Source of the DNA: Candidatus Bathyarchaeia archaeon
GTDB taxonomy: Archaea > Thermoproteota > Bathyarchaeia > TCS64
Reading direction: 5' to 3'
DNA length: 33,181 nt
Assembly: GCA_050014495.1 (NCBI GenBank)
Contig: JBEKDF010000030.1
Coordinates: forward strand, 1-33,181
Made by a program: the position numbers and the translations under genes. A model generated the notes under the pieces. The model was given only the letters and a program-made list of their open reading frames with translations. It did no database searches and was not told where the DNA came from. The stretch's first letter is position 1. Every line of letters starts with the position of its first letter. Below, piece after piece: positions 1 through 9,339 of the stretch.

Positions 1-120
1 TTCTCGGTTTGTGTGCTGGTGTGTCCGTTTGGTGGTCGGCTTTTGTTTGCTGGGGGTCTTTGGTTGTGTCTTAGTGGATGAGAATCTGGGTTTGGGCTCT
101 ATTTAGGGACAGGGCAGCGC

Positions 121-294
121 GCGTCGCTCAACCTCAAGCCGAGGCAGAGGTTCCTCTACCTCTTCGACTATGGGGATGAGTGGCTGTTCGAGGTAGAGTT
201 CGTTGGGGAGGGCGTCTCGGAGGAGGCTGTCTATCCACGGGTTGTGGGTTCGAGGGGCGAGTCTCCGCAGCAATACGAGTTCTACGATGAGTGA
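121..294 (+). pseudogene. 3' fragment of a plasmid pRiA4b ORF-3-like (IS1096 passenger TnpR-like) protein
   Basis: Manual translation ASLNLKPRQRFLYLFDYGDEWLFEVEFVGEGVSEEAVYPRVVGSRGESPQQYEFYDE* contains the family-typical F-x-Y-x-F-D-Y-G-D-x-W motif and a YP..V...G..P.QY tail. There is no start codon (in-frame TGA at 79-81), and the fragment begins at the GCGCGCGT tract at 117-124. Confidence 0.75.
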
Positions 295-397
295 TATCTA
301 AGCAATCAACATTGATAAGAAACAACTAGAATTAATTTGAACCAAGAATGCGCGCGCAACTGCAGCATAGAACTTGATAAAATAAATAGTCATCTAA

Positions 398-1423
398 CTA
401 GTTTTTACCCAATTTTTTAGCTAGCTCGGACAGCTCCTTATCAAGGCTCACACCCTTGTCAAGGATCTGCTTACCATCTACCCAGACTGAGACGTTTAGG
501 CAGATTCCGTCGCTGTGGGACGCTGCTGGTCTAAAAGCCATGTTCCCAATACCCCATTCAACGCATCCCCAAACCCTTTCATCCTCCACAACATCGCCAG
601 TGAGCTTCGCCCCTGGGTTGAAACCATAGCATATATGAGCAATCTTCAACATATTAGGATCATTGAACCCCTTAAGCCAGGTCTCATATTCGACCGCTTG
701 CCTTCCGCCCTCGATCTTTAGAATATCCCCATCTTTTATCGTGAGGATAACGGGATCCTTCAGTAGTCGAAGTGGTGGATTGATTGAGCCATCATATACT
801 ATCTTACCATTTATCGTCTTCAGATCAATAGCCCAGTAGATCTGTCCAGCCATCATATGCGAACCAGGCTTATCCGCGTAACCTAGAGAGTAGTTCCCCC
901 TGTGGTCTGGATTGTTTTTGAATGCCACATCCATGCCCGAAGGGTTGGTGATTCTCACCTCGTTCGCATTCTTGGTCAGATCGGTGATCCTCGCCATGAA
1001 TTTCTCCAGGGTGGGGTAGTCGATTCTACCGATGCATCTCACCATCATGTCGTCGTTCATGCCGACCAGGCAAGAGTACCTTATCTTGTGATTCTCCTTC
1101 ATGACCTTGTCGTAGGCGCTCGAGTAGAAGATCCACTGATTGTTAAACTCAACCCACGCGTCGGCTCCCATCAAAGCACCGACGAGAGAGTCTGTTGGGA
1201 ACATGGGGTCAGCAGCCTTCCCAACTCCAAGGGGAGAGGCTAGCCATATCACCATAGGCTTTGCCCCACATGCGAAGGCAGCACGAGCCGTAGCATCTAC
1301 GACACGGGCGTCGGACTCTGTATCCGCAGTGATGACAAAGGTCTCACCGGGCTTGAGCTTGAATAGCTCACGCGTCAATATGTCTGCTGCCTTACCTAAC
1401 TCAAATTCATAATAACCAGGCAA
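398..1423 (-). CDS. Aminopeptidase, M29/leucyl aminopeptidase (aminopeptidase T)-like metallopeptidase
   Basis: 341-aa ORF with a TTG start. Shows the KPGETFVITADT N-terminus, V.ITNPSGMDV, INGKIVYDGS, GFNPGAKLTG..EDER..G...GIG and SHSDGI...SVWVDG patterns of the M29-like fold. Confidence 0.7.
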   Translation of the reverse strand: MPGYYEFELGKAADILTRELFKLKPGETFVITADTESDARVVDATARAAFACGAKPMVIWLASPLGVGKAADPMFPTDSLVGALMGADAWVEFNNQWIFYSSAYDKVMKENHKIRYSCLVGMNDDMMVRCIGRIDYPTLEKFMARITDLTKNANEVRITNPSGMDVAFKNNPDHRGNYSLGYADKPGSHMMAGQIYWAIDLKTINGKIVYDGSINPPLRLLKDPVILTIKDGDILKIEGGRQAVEYETWLKGFNDPNMLKIAHICYGFNPGAKLTGDVVEDERVWGCVEWGIGNMAFRPAASHSDGICLNVSVWVDGKQILDKGVSLDKELSELAKKLGKN

Positions 1424-1608
1424 TTTCAGTGCCTCAACTATTTGTTACAATTCACCCTTCTTAAATTTTAATGTCAACTTACTAAAAAAAGATGATATAA
1501 ACTTAAACAAGATCGTAAGGGGTGTTTAGAGCTCGCGCTATCGAGACACCATGTAAAAACCTAATCCCATCTTTAATATCCCTAAAAAGGTAATTCGATT
1601 CTGATAGC

Positions 1609-3069
1609 ATGAATCAGAAAATATCTGAACTTGAGCCGAAGGTAGTATGGGGTATATTCGATAAGATCACTGAGATCCCACGTTGCTCTGGTAGGGAGCA
1701 GAAACTCCAGAACTGGGTTAAGAAGTGGGCTGATGAAAACAAGATTCAATTTAGATCTGATGATGTTGGCAACATACTCCTCACGAAAGATGCAAAAATA
1801 GGGTTCGAGGGGTACCCAACAATCGTCTATCAGGTTCACCAGGACATGGTATGCGAGAAGCTCTCAAGCAGCAAACACAACTTCGAAAACGACCCAATCG
1901 AAACAAAAATTGAAGGCAATTATATAGTGGCGAATGGAACAACCCTAGGGGCAGACAATGGCATCGGTATCTCGTTGGCTATGTCCTCCTTGATAGATCC
2001 AGAGGCGAGTAGATACGGTAAGATAGAGGTTCTCATGACTGTCGAGGAGGAGACCACCTTCAAAGGCGCCTCAAACGTGAAGAGGGGATTCTTCACTGGT
2101 AAGAGGATGGTGAACCTCGATAGCGAGGAGACGGGGATAATCATCACAGAATCCGCGGGAGGCGGAAGCACACACTACGAGATCCGCGATCGGCTCGTCG
2201 ATGCGAGGAATTTGAAGGGTTTTAGCATAACAGTCGACGGTCTCCTTGGCGGACACTCCGGAGTCGACATTCATCAAAACAGGGCTAACGCAATAAAGCT
2301 AGTCTCAAGTTACATAAGGAAACTATCAGATATCGCCCAAGTCAGAATCGCCCACTTTGAGGGTGGAACGGTAGCGAACGCTATTCCACGATACGCTCGC
2401 TGTGACTTCCTTACGGAAGACAAAAAGCAAGAAATGAAGGGGTACAACTCAATCTGGGCTGAAGGGATAAGGAAAGAATATCCACTCGAAAAAACAATGA
2501 AGATAACTTTCTCTGAGAAGACATTGAAAAAATCATTTACACGACAAAAGACTAACAATTTGACGAAACTGATCGACGAGATCCCTCAAGGCGTTATAAG
2601 TTGGAGTAAAAATATAGAAGGACTGGTTCAAACGTCAAACAACTTGGGAATAATTAGGACCGAAGAAGATAAAATCAAATTGACTTTGCTTTCGAGGGGT
2701 TCAGATAGCGTGGACCTTGAGAAACTCAGGGCTAGACTCAGAGAGATTGGGGAAAAATGTGACGTAGTGACTACTCAATCTCCGCCATCGACAGGATGGA
2801 GCACAAACTCAAAGTCGTCCTTCGTGAAATTTGTCGCCGAAGAGTATAGAGACCTCATGGGGAACGAGCCGAAAATCACGGGAATACATGGGGGATTGGA
2901 GTGCTCAGCATTCAGCAAATTAGACCCTGAGATCCAGATAGTCTCAATTGGCGCGACTCTAGAATCTCCACATAGCCCTCAGGAGAGGCTGGAGATCTCC
3001 GGCGTGAACGTTGTGTGGAACCTTATAAAGTCAATGAGTAGGGATATCATAAGGGAATCTAAATTTTAA
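1609..3069 (+). CDS. pepD: Aminoacyl-histidine (beta-Ala-His) dipeptidase, M20C
   Basis: Motifs IPRCSGRE, QVHQDMVCEK, TTLGADNGIG, TVEEE, NLDSEE, GGHSGVDIH, TSNNLG, HGGLEC and PHSPQE; 486 aa. Confidence 0.92.
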   Translation: MNQKISELEPKVVWGIFDKITEIPRCSGREQKLQNWVKKWADENKIQFRSDDVGNILLTKDAKIGFEGYPTIVYQVHQDMVCEKLSSSKHNFENDPIETKIEGNYIVANGTTLGADNGIGISLAMSSLIDPEASRYGKIEVLMTVEEETTFKGASNVKRGFFTGKRMVNLDSEETGIIITESAGGGSTHYEIRDRLVDARNLKGFSITVDGLLGGHSGVDIHQNRANAIKLVSSYIRKLSDIAQVRIAHFEGGTVANAIPRYARCDFLTEDKKQEMKGYNSIWAEGIRKEYPLEKTMKITFSEKTLKKSFTRQKTNNLTKLIDEIPQGVISWSKNIEGLVQTSNNLGIIRTEEDKIKLTLLSRGSDSVDLEKLRARLREIGEKCDVVTTQSPPSTGWSTNSKSSFVKFVAEEYRDLMGNEPKITGIHGGLECSAFSKLDPEIQIVSIGATLESPHSPQERLEISGVNVVWNLIKSMSRDIIRESKF

Positions 3070-3158
3070 GCGCCTTATTAAATATGCGCATATGCGTGCG
3101 CGCTTGGCTGTTTAGAAATTATTATAGAACATAGGGCGAACACTTCATTGAGGATAGG

Positions 3159-3235
3159 TTGAACGTTAAGTATGTGCTTGACTCACTCAACCTAGACCAG
3201 ATACGCGCAGAACTCGCGGAACGCGCGTGCGCATG
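3159..3235 (+). pseudogene. Probable 5' gene fragment (MNVKYVLDSLNLDQIRAELAER...) cut at an RY tract
   Basis: TTATA at about 3122, GAGGA just upstream and a TTG start. A helical-looking peptide runs into the ACGCGCGTGCGCATG tract at 3221-3235. Family not recognised. Confidence 0.35.
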
Positions 3236-3356
3236 GATGTCAAGGATGCCCGTCATGTACTGTTTCCCTATCAATTCACAAATGTTCCAGACCGCCGCTC
3301 TCTTCGCGAAGTTTCCCGAGTTCACACTCGAGTCGTACTTCTTCTTGTAGTCGTCG
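3236..3356 (-). pseudogene. Probable internal gene fragment between two RY tracts
   Basis: Open frame RDDYKKKYDSSVNSGNFAKRAAVWNICELIGKQYMTGILDI with coding-like codons (TAC/AAG/GAC), bounded by tracts 3221-3235 and 3355-3364. Family not recognised. Confidence 0.4.
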
Positions 3357-3403
3357 CGCGTGCGAGCGCAATCAATAAAATATACCAGCGTGCACGAGGC
3401 CAG

Positions 3404-4441
3404 TCAAAATGCCTTAAGGGACTCCGCGATCAGTAACAAATCAGAGTATATGGCGTAGGCAGTCTGCATGATCGAGGGATCATGCTCCACGACGCTAATC
3501 TCCCCCATAAGATCCGTCTTCAAGGTGATCGCGCTGGACCTCCCATCTACTGACCAGAAGAGGTCTTCGGGCCCGACAAGCTCGGGACGAACACACGTCC
3601 TCACGTCACCCTCCGCCTTCTCGGCACTCGCAACCAGCTTATACTTCATACCCGAAGCCGCCGCTTTCCTAACGCTCTCAGGGTCAATTCCCCGGATGCC
3701 CGCTCTATCCACCTCGTTGGGGGTTGATCCCGCACCCATGAGCACATTCGCCAGAACGGTTATCTTCGCTGCTGCGTCCCACCCATCGACATCGAGCGAG
3801 GGATCCGCCTCAGCAAAACCGAGCCTAACAGCATCACTCAGCACATCCTCCATGCTCTTCCCCCTAGACATCTCGGTCAGAACGTAGTTCGATGTGCTGT
3901 TCAGGAGCCCACGAACACCTTCAACCTCACATCCCGGCAGAGTCCTCTCCACCAGGTTGAACACGGGGGTCCCATCCATGACTGTGCCCTCGAACCTGAA
4001 TTGTAAACCCCTGGATCGTGCCAGAGAACTCAACTCATCGTAGGCGTATGCTAAGGGGCCCTTATTCGCTGTTACCACATGCATGCCCCTGCTGAGGGCC
4101 TTCCTGATATGGTCTATGGCGGGCTGCCCCGAGCCTATGTTCAGGGTGGTCAGCTCGACCATCACGTTTGCATCGCAAGCCTCAAGGATCTCAATGGGCG
4201 AGAGATCAACGTACCCAGGCAATGAGTCCCTAAAGGTTCCCCCCTTCTCCAACATACCTAGGACTTGACTCAGGTCAATCGCCATATTCGGTAACAGTGA
4301 TCCCCTTGTTCTCGTGGAAATGGCGAGGACTTCAACCTCCAGCCCATAGGTCTCCCTGAGCCACCCCCTCCTGGAGATCAGCAGCTTAGCGAACGCCTGA
4401 CCAACGTTGCCGAAGCCAATCATAGCTAGTCTAAGTTTCAA
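3404..4441 (-). CDS. hom: Homoserine dehydrogenase (short form, no ACT domain)
   Basis: Motifs GFGNVG (Rossmann fold), HVVTANKGP, FEGTVMDGTP, GLLNSTSNYVL and GFAEADPSLDVDGWDAAAK. Confidence 0.93.
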   Translation of the reverse strand: MKLRLAMIGFGNVGQAFAKLLISRRGWLRETYGLEVEVLAISTRTRGSLLPNMAIDLSQVLGMLEKGGTFRDSLPGYVDLSPIEILEACDANVMVELTTLNIGSGQPAIDHIRKALSRGMHVVTANKGPLAYAYDELSSLARSRGLQFRFEGTVMDGTPVFNLVERTLPGCEVEGVRGLLNSTSNYVLTEMSRGKSMEDVLSDAVRLGFAEADPSLDVDGWDAAAKITVLANVLMGAGSTPNEVDRAGIRGIDPESVRKAAASGMKYKLVASAEKAEGDVRTCVRPELVGPEDLFWSVDGRSSAITLKTDLMGEISVVEHDPSIMQTAYAIYSDLLLIAESLKAF

Positions 4442-4554
4442 ACTCGATCACCCCACTTTCACCCTTGGAGATAATCTCGGCACCGGAGGAAAGAAACTTC
4501 CGCGTAGCTCGCACCTAAGAATCAATCATAATAAGATCAAACGCCACAGATCCA

Positions 4555-5847
4555 ATGAGCCACATGATTTTCGATAGAGACCTGTTGGAGAAGATCAGGG
4601 CAGCGTTCCCTAGGGCATCGAAGGACCTGAATGGAAATAAGAGGGCCTTCTTCGACAATGGCACCGGGACCCTAGTAGTAGGAAGGGCAGCCAAGGCAGA
4701 GGCCGAGGCCCGCGTTGATTGCAGCGCCAACGTTGAGGGGATCTTCGACGAATCCAGAAAGGCGGATGAGGTCATACTCGAGGGGAGAGCAGCTGTCGCT
4801 GACCTCCTGAATGCGCCATCCCCAGACAACATCATCCAAGGCGAGTCCACCACATCCCTCTTCTTCAACCTCAGCTACGCGATGAGCAAAGAGCTCACGG
4901 GAAGACAGAACGCCGTCCTGACAGAATACGAGCACTACGCCAACATCAGTCCCTGGGTAGAACTCAAGGAGCGGGGTAAGCTCCGCGAAGTCAGATTCGC
5001 CCGCCTAAAAGCGGATGAGGGAACCCTCGACATGGAGCACCTCAAGTCCCTCATAAACAGAGAGACAAAAATCGTGTCCATAGCTGCAGCCTCCAATGCC
5101 CTCGGAACCAAAAGCCCACTCGAGGAAATAAGGAACATGGCCAAGGAGGTTGGCGCCTACTTCCTCGTCGACGCCGTACACCACGTTGCCCACGGACCAA
5201 TCGATGTCCAGAAACTGGGCTGCGACTTCCTCGTCTTCTCAGGATACAAGCTCTTCGCCCCACACGGCAGCTTCATGTTCGGCAAGGGCGAGCACCTCGA
5301 AGGTCTCACGCCCTACAAGGTCCAGCCCGCACATAACATAGCCCCAGTTAAATGGGAGTGGGGGACGAGGGACCAAGCCAAGTTCGCCGCCATAAAAGGC
5401 TCCGTCGACCATCTAACGTGGCTAGGGGAGCAAGTCAGAGAGCAGTACACAGACAGATTCAACGAGTACCAGGGGAGGAGAAGAACCCTCAAGATCTCAA
5501 TGGACGCCATCGAGAAGTATGAGCTCGAACTTTCAAAAGCCATAGTATTGGGAGTCGATGACCTTAAGGGTCTCTCAGAACTGCCTGGAGTGAGAATATA
5601 CGGATTAACAGACCCGAAACGCTTCGAGGAAAGGGACCCCACCTTCTCCTTCAAAGTGAGAAACAGGCCCGACTCAGAGGTGGTAAGCAAACTGTGGAGC
5701 GGGGGCATAGCCTCGCGCTCCGAGGACTTTTACTCTAGAGCCCTGGAGACCTACGGCGAAAAAGCAATGATACGCATAAGCCTTGTCCATCACAACACAA
5801 TGGACGAGGTCGCCCAGTTCCTGAAAATCATGAACGAGGTTTGTTAA
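4555..5847 (+). CDS. Cysteine desulfurase-like protein (aminotransferase class V, PLP-dependent)
   Basis: Motifs IRAAFP, FFDNGTGT, EHYANISPW, ASNALGT, VDAVH, DFLVFSGYK (PLP lysine), KWEWGT and RISLVHHNT. Confidence 0.88.
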   Translation: MSHMIFDRDLLEKIRAAFPRASKDLNGNKRAFFDNGTGTLVVGRAAKAEAEARVDCSANVEGIFDESRKADEVILEGRAAVADLLNAPSPDNIIQGESTTSLFFNLSYAMSKELTGRQNAVLTEYEHYANISPWVELKERGKLREVRFARLKADEGTLDMEHLKSLINRETKIVSIAAASNALGTKSPLEEIRNMAKEVGAYFLVDAVHHVAHGPIDVQKLGCDFLVFSGYKLFAPHGSFMFGKGEHLEGLTPYKVQPAHNIAPVKWEWGTRDQAKFAAIKGSVDHLTWLGEQVREQYTDRFNEYQGRRRTLKISMDAIEKYELELSKAIVLGVDDLKGLSELPGVRIYGLTDPKRFEERDPTFSFKVRNRPDSEVVSKLWSGGIASRSEDFYSRALETYGEKAMIRISLVHHNTMDEVAQFLKIMNEVC

Positions 5848-5869
5848 TCAACCTGTAAGAGCGTTAAAC

Positions 5870-6033
5870 CACGCGCGCGCGAATCCTCTGATGACTCCGG
5901 ACCCGACCATTGCTTGGATCCTCTTATGTACGACGTTGACTGAGAGGTTGAGCCTAGAAGCGAGTGCTCTATAGGGCGTGCGGCTGTTTTGGAGTAGAGC
6001 CCAGCTCAGAGCTATATCAGTCTCTTCCATCAT
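5870..6033 (-). pseudogene. N-terminal wHTH fragment of an Lrp/AsnC-family regulator
   Basis: MEETDIALSWALLQNSRTPYRALASRLNLSVNVVHKRIQAMVGSGVIRGF is a typical AsnC HTH. Similarity stops at the CACGCGCGCGCG tract (5870-5881) and the ORF ends at 5848 with no effector domain. Confidence 0.8.
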
Positions 6034-6138
6034 TTAATTCGGCTAAAATGTTTGGAGTAGATAATTTAGCAAGAATATAACTGCGTGCGCGAAAATGCTT
6101 AGTTATAGAGGGCATCTGTAGTTGAATAGTACACCCGC

Positions 6139-7452
6139 ATGAACTCGCTAATCGTAGCCACTTCAGATAAAAGCATTCTAGCCCTCATAATCTTCGCCCT
6201 AGTTCTCACACTAATAATTATTCGCCGAGTCAGAAGCCTAGAGTTCCCCATCTGGTCAGCGATGATGATCGGGGCCGCCCTCATGATCCTCCTAGGCGTG
6301 ATCAGCGTGTCGGATGCCTACGCGGCGATCGACTTCGACGTGATATTCTTCCTCATAGGCATGTTCAGCATCGTAGCCGGCGTCGAGAAGTCGGGTCTGC
6401 TCGGCTACGTGATGTACAGGGTCCTCTCACCCTTCAAGAACCTCCTATCACTGCTCATCGTATTCGTCTTCCTCATGGGTTTCCTGTCGGCTCTGACCGT
6501 GAACGATACGATGGCGGTGGTCGGCACAATCGTCGTGATAACCATCGTCAAGCAGATGCTGCTGCCCTTGGATGTGATGCTGATAACTCTAGCCTTCTCG
6601 ATCACGGTTGGCAGCGTGATGACCCCCATCGGGAACCCGCAGAATATGCTTATAGCCAGTCAGTCGGGCATGAGTGCCCCATTCTTCAGCTTCGTGAGGG
6701 TTCTGGGGATCCCCACCCTCATCAACCTCGCAATCGTGGCGGGCTTCCTGTGGTTTACCCTGAAGAGGAGTGGAAAGCTTCGGGATGGCAAAAGCATAGT
6801 TGTGGTTGAGGAGGAACATATCACTGATCTTGGATTGGCGAGGCTCTCGGGGGCGTGCCTCGTTCTCGCGGTGGGAGGCTTCCTTCTTAACGACTTGCTT
6901 GGTCTCTGGGGTCTTCCTCACGCCGAGCACCTCGGCATCATAGCGTTCCTCGCGTCGGTCCCACTCTACACCCTCGCTGGGGATAAGCGGGATCTGTTGC
7001 GGCAGGTGGATTGGAGCAGCATCGTCTTCTTCCTCACAATGTTTATGGTGATGGGGGGCCTCTGGCAATCCGGCGCAGCGAACGTATTCATCAACATAAT
7101 ACCCGCCCCGAATCCGTTGGACAGGGGCTCATCTATCGTCAACATTATGTTGTTGAGTACCGTTCTGAGTCAGGTGTTCAGTAATGTCCCGCTGGTTAAG
7201 CTGTATATTGATGTCATGAAGGGTTTGGGCTTCAATGGGACTTATCAGTATGCTTGGCTGGCGCTGGCATCGGGGTCCACCATCGCGGGTAACCTGACTG
7301 TTCTGGGCGCGGCGAGCAACGTCATTATTCTCGAGAACGCTGAGAGTAGGGCTGGGCGGTCATTCAGCTTTCTCTCGTTTCTAAAGAAGGGGTTGATCAT
7401 CACGGTGTTAAACATCCTAGTGTATGCGGTGTGGATCTATTTGTTTGGATGA
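6139..7452 (+). CDS. ArsB/NhaD/SLC13 (IT superfamily) anion permease
   Basis: Highly hydrophobic 437 aa with motifs AIDFDVIFFLIGM, LSALTVND, GSVMTPIGNPQN, SQVFSNVP and STIAGNLTVLGAASN. Confidence 0.88.
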   Translation: MNSLIVATSDKSILALIIFALVLTLIIIRRVRSLEFPIWSAMMIGAALMILLGVISVSDAYAAIDFDVIFFLIGMFSIVAGVEKSGLLGYVMYRVLSPFKNLLSLLIVFVFLMGFLSALTVNDTMAVVGTIVVITIVKQMLLPLDVMLITLAFSITVGSVMTPIGNPQNMLIASQSGMSAPFFSFVRVLGIPTLINLAIVAGFLWFTLKRSGKLRDGKSIVVVEEEHITDLGLARLSGACLVLAVGGFLLNDLLGLWGLPHAEHLGIIAFLASVPLYTLAGDKRDLLRQVDWSSIVFFLTMFMVMGGLWQSGAANVFINIIPAPNPLDRGSSIVNIMLLSTVLSQVFSNVPLVKLYIDVMKGLGFNGTYQYAWLALASGSTIAGNLTVLGAASNVIILENAESRAGRSFSFLSFLKKGLIITVLNILVYAVWIYLFG

Positions 7453-7540
7453 AGATTTGTTAGATTGTAAAGTATATTCTAGGATAAGTGCGGGCATCCT
7501 TTACATGCGACGCTTCCAGAATAACACTAAGTGAAAAGAC

Positions 7541-7840
7541 ATGGGCGAAGAAAGGAAACCAGAAGTTGAAGAAGGGCCGGAAGAGCAGGTTCAAGAGTGC
7601 TGCGGAGGGCCCGAGGAGCGAAGCGAACACCACGGTCCACATGCTCCACATGATGGTCCTCACGGTCCACCTGGTGGTCCACATGGCCCAGCTGGCGAGC
7701 ATTGGATGGATAGGCGTGCGATGATGCGTTTCGCCTCAATGACCGTTGACGAGGAGGTGGAGTTCTTAGAGTCAGTGAAGGTTCGCCTCGAGGACAGGCT
7801 TAAGGGTGTAAACGATAGGCTAACAAAGCTCAAAGCTTAA
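7541..7840 (+). CDS. Small His/Gly/Pro-rich protein with a C-terminal coiled coil (DUF5320-like tail)
   Basis: Acidic N-terminus with CC, GPH-type repeats (HHGPHAPHDGPHGPPGGPHGP) and an EEVEFLESVKVRLEDRLKGVNDRLTKLKA heptad tail. Confidence 0.7.
   Translation: MGEERKPEVEEGPEEQVQECCGGPEERSEHHGPHAPHDGPHGPPGGPHGPAGEHWMDRRAMMRFASMTVDEEVEFLESVKVRLEDRLKGVNDRLTKLKA
7630..7692 (+). repeat. Degenerate 9-12 nt coding tandem repeat (GGTCCACAT-like) encoding GPH units
   Basis: cacggtccacat gctccacat gatggtcct cacggtccacct ggtggtccacat ggcccagct. Confidence 0.7.
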
Positions 7841-8125
7841 TGCGCTTCCTGAAACAGCAAGTTTTTGTTTCCAATCAAGATTACGAAACACATAAATTTA
7901 CAATTATTATTTTTATAAATTTAAAATTATTTTTGTTTGTCTGTTTGTTTGTAGAGAGAGTGGTGGGGGTAAGAGAGTAAGAGGGTAGTGGAGTGTAGTT
8001 AGTGTTAGATAGTCGTGAGCGTAAGCGGTTGGGTTTGGGGTTTGGGGGGATAAGACTATTGCGCGCGCGGATTATGCAAAAGTAACTTTGGGTTAAGATT
8101 TTCTTAAGACGAGCTCGTGATAGTT

Positions 8126-9313
8126 TCAGCCACTATTAATAGGAAAACTATTGAAAACCATCTTCTGGACTTGTAGAGCCTCGTCGAGGTTCACCTCGGT
8201 ATTGAAGAAATGGGGGGAGATCCTGATACCTCCAACACCTCCAACATATCGATGTGAGACTACGATTCCCGCTTTCGTAAAGGCGTCATAACTCAATTGG
8301 TTCAATTCATAAGTTCCTAGACTATAGGTAACTACCCCAGCTCGACTAAATTCTTCAAAGGGGGTAATAATCTTAGCCCCCAAGTCTTTTAAGCCCTCGA
8401 TGAGGTAGCTGCTCAGCTTTAGGTCTCTCTCCTATACTTTTTTTATATCCAGCTCGTTAACGTAGCGTAGACTCTCATGAAAACCCATCTGAGCGTCCTC
8501 TCCGACGCACCCGGGGTCGAACTTTTCAGCCGTACTCACCATCGGTTTGTCCCATGATCGGATATTATCATGCCCAGGCTTGTCCCACGATGCCCGATCC
8601 CAAGTAAAATCCTCGTAAACCCTCCAATAGAACCTGTAAGAGGGCTCATATTGGCTAATCATCTCATCAGCAACATAGAGAACTGCGGCTCTCGCGAGGC
8701 AGCACATCCACTTCTCGCCGCCGAATACCAGGAAGTCAACTCCGTCTTCAACGGGGTCAACGTCAAGTACGCCGACTGCTTGGAAAGCGTCGTCGAGCAC
8801 TAGGGAGCCATGATTATGGGCGATTTTTGTAATCTCTTTTACATCGTTCCTAAGTCCGCTCGACCACTCAACTCTGTTCAGGTTCACTAGGCAGGTGTCG
8901 TCATCGATGGCTCTCTCGTAGTCGTCTAAGGTGATTAGGCCATTTGAGTTGTGTATCTGCCTGATCTCAACGCCTTTCTCCCTATGCCTAAGCCATGGGT
9001 AGACGGAGGAGGGGTAGCTTAGGTCGGTGAGTACAATGTTCTGGCCACTCTTGGGTTTTATGAGGTCTGATACGATGTTGATTCCCTGTGAGGCCCTGTG
9101 TATTAATGCGACATTGTCTCTGCCGCAGTGCAGGAGCTTGCCAACCTCGCCTCTAGTATCTGGGAGTTCTACTGTTTTTCCCCTCTCCCAGTTATCCCAT
9201 CGGTTTTCCACGGCGGCTTTTACTGGTGTTAGGACTGGGCCGCTGGCGGCTGTGTTGAGGTAGTTGACATTTCTTAGGATTGGAATATCTTCTCTGATAC
9301 GATCGATGTTCAT
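8126..9313 (-). pseudogene. Aminotransferase class V / cysteine desulfurase-like gene interrupted by one in-frame TAG (8432-8434)
   Basis: Motifs YLNTAASGP, DDAFQAVG and GGEKW (PLP lysine) lie in 9313-8432. The same frame continues after the TAG as ERDLKLSSYLIEGLKDLGAKIITP...IRISPHFFNT, ending at TGA 8126-8128. Confidence 0.85.
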
Positions 9314-9339
9314 TGAGTGTATTACTTGAGCTATGAATT

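Noticed and set aside
1521..1550. Weak hairpin GGTGTTT...AGACACC between divergent peptidase genes
   Set aside because: It is imperfect and its CGCGC core is short, so it is not distinguishable from chance.
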